Virus record (IMG/VR): IMGVR_UViG_3300009082_000959
DNA from: a virus
Taxonomy: Duplodnaviria; Caudoviricetes
DNA: 64,000 nucleotides
Direction: 5' to 3' (one strand)
Part shown: piece after piece, positions 58,313 to 64,000 of the stretch
Numbering within the stretch: position 1 is the stretch's first letter
How the letters are laid out: every line of letters begins with the position of its first letter
Program-made: the position numbers and the translations under genes
Notes under the pieces: model-generated
What the model saw: only the letters and a program-made list of their open reading frames with translations
Told to the model about the DNA's origin: nothing
The model's database searches: none

Positions 58313-61300
58313 ATGAGCGTTTTCCCAGATGACCTCGATTCCGATCTAGAAATTGCCAGAATCGAAAATAATGTTTCCGAAATTGGCGGTGATGTACTTA
58401 ATTCCTTGCGCGACGCTGTTTTTGCAATTCAGCGTGTGCTTGGTATTAATGCGCAAGGAAACAAACCAAGTTTAACAAGCCGCATTAATGTTTCTTTGGA
58501 TGCTGATGGTAATATAAAGCCAAGTTCTCTTGAAGGTATTGGTTTGGCGACCCTACCAATAACAAATTCACATGTTGGTGATAATGCAGCAGTACAAGAA
58601 TCAAAACTGGATCTTGATTTTGGGACACAATATTTAAAAAACCTCATAAGCTCTGCTCGTACCGATCTTGATGCCATCACTGCATCGGTTTCCTCACAGG
58701 GTTCTGGACTGAACCTTCATATTTTGGGCCTTGGCAATTATCACGACGGATATCATATAAAAATAAATAGCGGCACTCAAATTGGCGTCGCAGGTATGGC
58801 CTCTATCACAGTTGGTGACGCAATAAATGAATTAAGCACACGGTTGTTTTCTGGAAGCACAACAACAGAGCCACACATAGATTTAAACGTACCCTCAACA
58901 ACAAAACACGCAGCAAGCGGAATATCTGTTGATAGTTCTGATTTTGTCAGTATCGATCAGTCAATTTCCACTGTCCAAGGCGCAATAGATGCACTGGATT
59001 CTGGGTCAAATCTTTTAATAGAAAAGCATGTTGATGAGCTTCATGCCAACGGAATAATTAAAAATGTTCGATCATATGAGTTTTTTAATTCTGATCGTCG
59101 TTTGATTGGCCCAGTGAGTGGCGTTACTTATGCTTCTGGTGGAAGTGTTGTTACACTGACTGGAGAGACATCTCTATCATCTTATAAAATAAGTGTTGGG
59201 GATGTTTTAGTTATACACACTATGTCCGGTGTTCTGGATGTTGGAGCATTCCAAGTAAGAGCAATAGGTCCCTTAGCAGAAAGTGATACACTAGGTGATT
59301 TGCCCTCATTACTAGCAAATCAGGTTGCCGTATTTCATATTTTTTCTGAAACCAAGGCATCTGGTGACGGTGTTTCGGCGAGCATATACAAACCAGGACA
59401 AGTATCAAGTGAATATGCCCCATTGGCGTGCGGTATTAGACCGAACGAGACCATGGTTGATACAATTTCGGTTGTACGACCAGATGCGGCAAGGGTTGTT
59501 AGTGTTGGATTCAATGGCGCAATACTGGCTGCCGACGGATATGATGTAAAAATAAAAGTTGGTCTTGGAAATAGCACCTTCAGAGAGCTAATAATTACAG
59601 ATCTAAATTATGATAGGATTGGAACAAACAAATCGAATCCAGTAAATTCAGAACACGTTGCAGAACGAATTAATGCATTTGTGTCAGACCCAAATTCAGA
59701 AAATCACTTTCCCATTACAGCGGCAGGTGTTGGGAATGAACTAGTAATAGCACACGATTTGGTTGGTCCGGAATATACAATAGAAATTATGGAAGGATTT
59801 AATGGAAATTATCCGTTGGGTCTGGATGCATACGGAGCAGATGTCGCCGGAAATGTGGTTGTTGGAAACCTAAATTGTTTGTATAATATAAATGGAACCG
59901 GTATACGTTCAATTGCAACAAAGTTCACCGGAACTGCATCTATTAATTCTGCGACTGGAACCTTTTCTGTTTATAATAGTGACGGTCAGCTAATAAACCC
60001 ACTGAATTATGGAATTGGCCCAGGTTCTGTTATTCATATACTTGATCACCAGACCACAGAAACAAATGGTAGTTATACAGTATTGACCGCAACTACAACA
60101 TCTATTTCTGTATTTTTAGCAGAACAAATAGATGCGCCCACGTCACCTACCACATTTACGGTTGAGGCATACGAATCTCATGTGTCATTAAACTCAATTA
60201 GCGGGACAGAGACAGATAATGGAACTGTGCAAATATTTGTAGATGAGGATGGCAGAACACAAGTTCATCAAAGAATATCGTATGGAACAAGTTTTGGTTC
60301 TGCCTTTGAGATTGTATCTATATCAAATACTTTCCCAGAAGGAACATTTAGTATCTTAATTGACTCCGTTGGAAGTCTTTTGTCGTTCAATCTTCTTGAT
60401 GACTCATTCGCTGGTGATACCGTTTCCGTTGATGAAACATTTACTGGTGGATTCAAACTATATCACCCGAATGGCCTTGACTATATAACAATACATATAG
60501 AGGATGGGTCAGTGGTTGTTGGAACAGAAACACTAATTGTTTCTTCTGCCGCCAATGATGATTATTCTCTATTACTATGTACCGCGAATTTTAACGGTGA
60601 TATTGAAATAACCAATCTGGTTGACGGAAGATTATTTGGTAATATCGGGGCTGATCAAGTCCGCGATGATTTTATTGAAGTTTTTAGCCAGCTTCCCATT
60701 TCTGATTTAAGGTCCGATGGCGTTGTTCGTGGTTTCGATTTAGTTGCACTAACATATGCCGATGTGGTCACTGGAATGCAGGCACTACCTTTGCGTGGTG
60801 GCGTGGCATACGTAGATGGTGTAAGGGTGTCAGTAGAAACACAAAAAGTGATAGTGAATTCATTTAACGATGACGAAACCCTTATTAATGGTGATAGAAT
60901 AGTTGCCATTAATAACTTTGGATCAATTGAGGTTTTGCAGGATAGCATTGGAGAAATGCTGACAGATGGATATTACGCCAGTTCATCTCTTGGAAAGCTT
61001 CTGCCACTTTATAAGGTCTCCGTAGTAAATGGAGAAATATCAACCGTAATTGATATCAGAAGGTTTATAAACGACCTAGATAGTAAGTTGGATTTGGTTG
61101 TAGATGAAACAAATAATGTGGTGGGGAATTTTAGAAGCCTTGAGGGAGCACTTTTGTTTGCCGAAAGCTACCCAAACAGAGAGCACCTTACTGTTAGGAT
61201 TCTTAATTCCGTGCATCCGACTAGAAAGATTGTCGTTCCGAATGGAGTATCTTTGGTTGGAGGATTACCATTTGGCGGTGGCAGACACAAAATAATAAAT

Positions 61301-63424
61301 CAAAATAATCTTAATGCTGCCTTTATAGAGTTGGTCGGAAACAATTTCTTAAAAAATATAGAAATTTCCAGTTCAACGGCTGGTCTTCAGGGTCCATTAG
61401 TTAAGGTATCTGGATCAAATGTTGAAATAGATAATTGTTTAATTCAGTTCAATGACATAATTTCCAGTAATAGTGGAGACATTGGCATTGAGATAACAGC
61501 AGAGTCGGACATAGTAATAAGAGATACAAAAATAAACAATGTGTATATTGGTATATCTGGCACAACCGGCACAGATAATTTACTTATAAAAAATAATAGC
61601 ATTCTTGGTGTTTCTGGCGTTGGATTATCATATGCCGTGTATGTTGGTAGTAGTTCTCGCGAAATAGATAATTTAAATATAATAGGAAACACAATAGGTC
61701 TGGATAACACAGACAATACAGATTTGAGAGGAATATTTATTGACATTGGTGAGTCCATTGGAAAAGCAACAATATCTGGTAATAAAATTGTTGGTGAATT
61801 AAATGTCTTGTCTACCAACAATGTATCCAATGGTATAAGAATTATAAATACACTTGCGACAGGAAATGTTTTATCACAAGCAATAATACACGAAAACTAT
61901 ATAGAGAATGTTAAATTACTTGATAGTTCTGTGTTTGGAATTTATATTGAGGACGTAAGCAGGGTCTCAGTTTCTAACAATACTCTTGTAAATGTTGCAA
62001 CGTTTGGGGCACCTTACTCTGACACTGGATTTATTTGGATTGATGACTCTGTTGGAATTGTGGACGTTCACAATAACTTATTAAATATTGGAGAGGCGTT
62101 GCGCGGAATATATGTAAAGGGCACATCGACCATAACATCAATTCTCGGAAACACTTTGAGCCAAATTGGTGACGCAAATAATGCAACCAATTTGGCTCTC
62201 CCGTACTCTGCATATATTTTGGGCAATTCGGCTCGCGCAAGTGTTGTATCAAACACTTTTATTGGCCCAGGAGACTACGGTATTTGGTGGAAGGGAGAGA
62301 GATCAAAAATTTCAGGAAACCATTTTAGCACACCAGATAGCGCCACTAATTATGCCTTCAAAATAGGTATAAAAGCGCAGGCAAGCTATTTGGATATATC
62401 TGATAACATGTTGGTTGGGTTTACTGACACTGATTCAATGGGAATAGTAAACGTGAGCACAGCAAACGAAGGCGTAAGAATATCTAATAATACTATAGAT
62501 GGTGACGAAATGGCCAATCTAATAAAATTAAGTGGTGATTATCATGTAATTTCTGGAAATAGGCTTAAAAACTCTACACAATCGTCTGTTGGTGGCACAA
62601 CACAGTTCATTGAGTTTTCAAGTGATGCTGATAGTATATCTGTTGTTGGAAATACATTTGAGGGCAAAGGAACATCATTTATTTATTCAACCTATGCAAT
62701 AACAAATGCGTCAATTTTAAATAATACCATGTATGATGCGGGCGCGGCAATGCTAACTGGCGCACCAATTACGCTCAGCAGTGCGTCAGTAGCAGATTGT
62801 TTTATATCCGGGAATAAACTACCGGATATATCTCATTGCGGCGCTGAAAATACAATAGGTGCTTCTCCCTCACAATTTGATTATAATACTAATACCATAG
62901 GATTTAATAAGGGTTTATTAGATAGTATTAGTCTACATGCTTCAGCTGGTGTTACTGGATACGATTCAACGGTTTCTGGTGATGGAAAGCCGTTTTGGAC
63001 AATTGTGGATGGCGGAACATACTGGCAACTTAATAATACAGATAAAAATAATTGTTACTTGTATTTCCCAATAAATTGTTTACCAAATGGTTCTGTAATA
63101 AAATCAGCACAAATACAAGGCAGGTTCACAACACAGGCTGCGGCTGCATCTATTACGGCAAGAATATTTAAAAGAAGTGTTAATTTAATTGATACAAGTA
63201 GTCCAGTGCAACCCGTTAGTGACCCGATAACAATATCCATTAATGGTGAGTTTGTAAACACAACTTCTACCGGAACAATAGACGAAATATCTGGTGGTGA
63301 AATATCGGAAGTAATAAATTATAGTGAAAGTGCTTATTATGTGCAAATATACTATTTGTGTTCAAACACATCTTCTGCTTCCGGAATCCAAATAAGAGGA
63401 ATTACTGTTAATTTTAGACATTAA
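58313..63424 (+). CDS. Large tail fibre/spike protein (1703 aa) with a C-terminal beta-helix
   Basis: N-terminal ~900 aa shared with 55245; Asn/Ile-rich I.GN.I parallel beta-helix repeats. Confidence 0.8.
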   Translation: MSVFPDDLDSDLEIARIENNVSEIGGDVLNSLRDAVFAIQRVLGINAQGNKPSLTSRINVSLDADGNIKPSSLEGIGLATLPITNSHVGDNAAVQESKLDLDFGTQYLKNLISSARTDLDAITASVSSQGSGLNLHILGLGNYHDGYHIKINSGTQIGVAGMASITVGDAINELSTRLFSGSTTTEPHIDLNVPSTTKHAASGISVDSSDFVSIDQSISTVQGAIDALDSGSNLLIEKHVDELHANGIIKNVRSYEFFNSDRRLIGPVSGVTYASGGSVVTLTGETSLSSYKISVGDVLVIHTMSGVLDVGAFQVRAIGPLAESDTLGDLPSLLANQVAVFHIFSETKASGDGVSASIYKPGQVSSEYAPLACGIRPNETMVDTISVVRPDAARVVSVGFNGAILAADGYDVKIKVGLGNSTFRELIITDLNYDRIGTNKSNPVNSEHVAERINAFVSDPNSENHFPITAAGVGNELVIAHDLVGPEYTIEIMEGFNGNYPLGLDAYGADVAGNVVVGNLNCLYNINGTGIRSIATKFTGTASINSATGTFSVYNSDGQLINPLNYGIGPGSVIHILDHQTTETNGSYTVLTATTTSISVFLAEQIDAPTSPTTFTVEAYESHVSLNSISGTETDNGTVQIFVDEDGRTQVHQRISYGTSFGSAFEIVSISNTFPEGTFSILIDSVGSLLSFNLLDDSFAGDTVSVDETFTGGFKLYHPNGLDYITIHIEDGSVVVGTETLIVSSAANDDYSLLLCTANFNGDIEITNLVDGRLFGNIGADQVRDDFIEVFSQLPISDLRSDGVVRGFDLVALTYADVVTGMQALPLRGGVAYVDGVRVSVETQKVIVNSFNDDETLINGDRIVAINNFGSIEVLQDSIGEMLTDGYYASSSLGKLLPLYKVSVVNGEISTVIDIRRFINDLDSKLDLVVDETNNVVGNFRSLEGALLFAESYPNREHLTVRILNSVHPTRKIVVPNGVSLVGGLPFGGGRHKIINQNNLNAAFIELVGNNFLKNIEISSSTAGLQGPLVKVSGSNVEIDNCLIQFNDIISSNSGDIGIEITAESDIVIRDTKINNVYIGISGTTGTDNLLIKNNSILGVSGVGLSYAVYVGSSSREIDNLNIIGNTIGLDNTDNTDLRGIFIDIGESIGKATISGNKIVGELNVLSTNNVSNGIRIINTLATGNVLSQAIIHENYIENVKLLDSSVFGIYIEDVSRVSVSNNTLVNVATFGAPYSDTGFIWIDDSVGIVDVHNNLLNIGEALRGIYVKGTSTITSILGNTLSQIGDANNATNLALPYSAYILGNSARASVVSNTFIGPGDYGIWWKGERSKISGNHFSTPDSATNYAFKIGIKAQASYLDISDNMLVGFTDTDSMGIVNVSTANEGVRISNNTIDGDEMANLIKLSGDYHVISGNRLKNSTQSSVGGTTQFIEFSSDADSISVVGNTFEGKGTSFIYSTYAITNASILNNTMYDAGAAMLTGAPITLSSASVADCFISGNKLPDISHCGAENTIGASPSQFDYNTNTIGFNKGLLDSISLHASAGVTGYDSTVSGDGKPFWTIVDGGTYWQLNNTDKNNCYLYFPINCLPNGSVIKSAQIQGRFTTQAAAASITARIFKRSVNLIDTSSPVQPVSDPITISINGEFVNTTSTGTIDEISGGEISEVINYSESAYYVQIYYLCSNTSSASGIQIRGITVNFRH

Positions 63425-63435
63425 GAGAGGAATAT

Positions 63436-63930
63436 ATGGCCGAAAGAAGTGGAATAGAAATGTTGGAAGAAATACTTTTTAAAATATCACAATTAGAGTC
63501 CCAGATTTCTGGCATTGATAAAAATATTAAGTCCTTATTAAATACCTCAAAAAACGGTGCAATAAAAAATAAACCAGAAATTAGTGTGGCCCAACCGAAT
63601 ACAGGACCGGTTTCTGGGTTTAAGAATTTTTCTTTTCAGCCAGAGCAAACAGAACCAATAATTATGGTTAAAGGAAAATTAAAATTAAGCAGCGGAAACT
63701 CAACAATTCCTATTTCTGGTGTGTCTGTTACTATTTATGATTCATTTGACAAGGTGGTAAAAAAGACCAAAACAAATAGAGCAGGACAATGGATGAGTCA
63801 GCTTAAACCCGGAAAATATGTTGCACTTTTTGAAGGAGAGGCTAATGGTAAAAAACTACTCCCTCAAAACAAGAACTTTATAGTTCCACAAACATTACCT
63901 GCTGGGCAAACAGAGTTTGAAGTAATATAA
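63436..63930 (+). CDS. Protein with a C-terminal carboxypeptidase-regulatory-like (Ig/prealbumin) domain
   Basis: GAGGA RBS; ISGVSVTIYD...TKTNRAGQW...LKPGKY. Confidence 0.6.
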   Translation: MAERSGIEMLEEILFKISQLESQISGIDKNIKSLLNTSKNGAIKNKPEISVAQPNTGPVSGFKNFSFQPEQTEPIIMVKGKLKLSSGNSTIPISGVSVTIYDSFDKVVKKTKTNRAGQWMSQLKPGKYVALFEGEANGKKLLPQNKNFIVPQTLPAGQTEFEVI

Positions 63931-63944
63931 AATTGGAGTTTTAA

Positions 63945-64000
63945 ATGGTTCAACCTTACTCACATAGAGTACTTTCAGACATCTTCGGCCTAGAATCGGT
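63945..64000 (+). CDS. Start of a further CDS (runs off the window)
   Basis: GGAG RBS at 63935, ATG 63945, open to the end of the window. Confidence 0.5.
   Translation, partial: MVQPYSHRVLSDIFGLES

Noticed and set aside
473-63261. Numerous minus-strand ORFs in the track (e.g. 807-1304, 6184-6744, 12656-13186)
   Set aside because: They are antisense shadows of long + strand genes with S/F/L-rich, non-protein-like composition and no RBS
1-64000. Stop-codon reassignment as seen in some huge phages
   Set aside because: Coding density is already very high with code 11, and TAA, TAG and TGA all end genes at sensible junctions

Overview
A 64-kb, gene-dense segment, coded almost entirely on the + strand, from a large (probably jumbo/huge) tailed dsDNA bacteriophage using the standard bacterial code with GGAG(G) Shine-Dalgarno sites. 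It holds the virion morphogenesis region: a 1224-aa prohead protease-scaffold fusion, a block of probable internal head proteins (~0.4-18.3 kb), two capsid decoration-like proteins, an HK97-type major capsid protein (19990-21015), probable neck proteins (one split by a 422-aa LAGLIDADG intein carrying an AP2-like insert), and many tail fibre/spike/baseplate proteins up to 1703 aa. About ten homing-endonuclease-type genes (HNH, LAGLIDADG, GIY-YIG, PD-(D/E)XK) are interspersed, along with a DNA methyltransferase-like gene, a GNAT/DUF2156-like gene, a metallophosphoesterase, a cold-shock protein, a HExxH protein, a Maf/DUF115 glycosyltransferase-like gene, a trypsin-like lipoprotein protease and a spanin-like membrane protein. 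The most notable unannotated signals are a correctly phased -1 frameshift site (C CCT TTT plus a downstream stem-loop, 16514) that could fuse two head genes, a nested in-frame scaffold start with a strong RBS (5045), a recurrent intergenic motif AATCTATCAATATT, shared helical and K-x-A motifs across the head proteins, and an excess of Asp-Gly-Tyr in virion proteins. No tRNA, rRNA, CRISPR array, terminase or portal was recognised. All protein family calls come from motif recognition by eye; no database searches were run.
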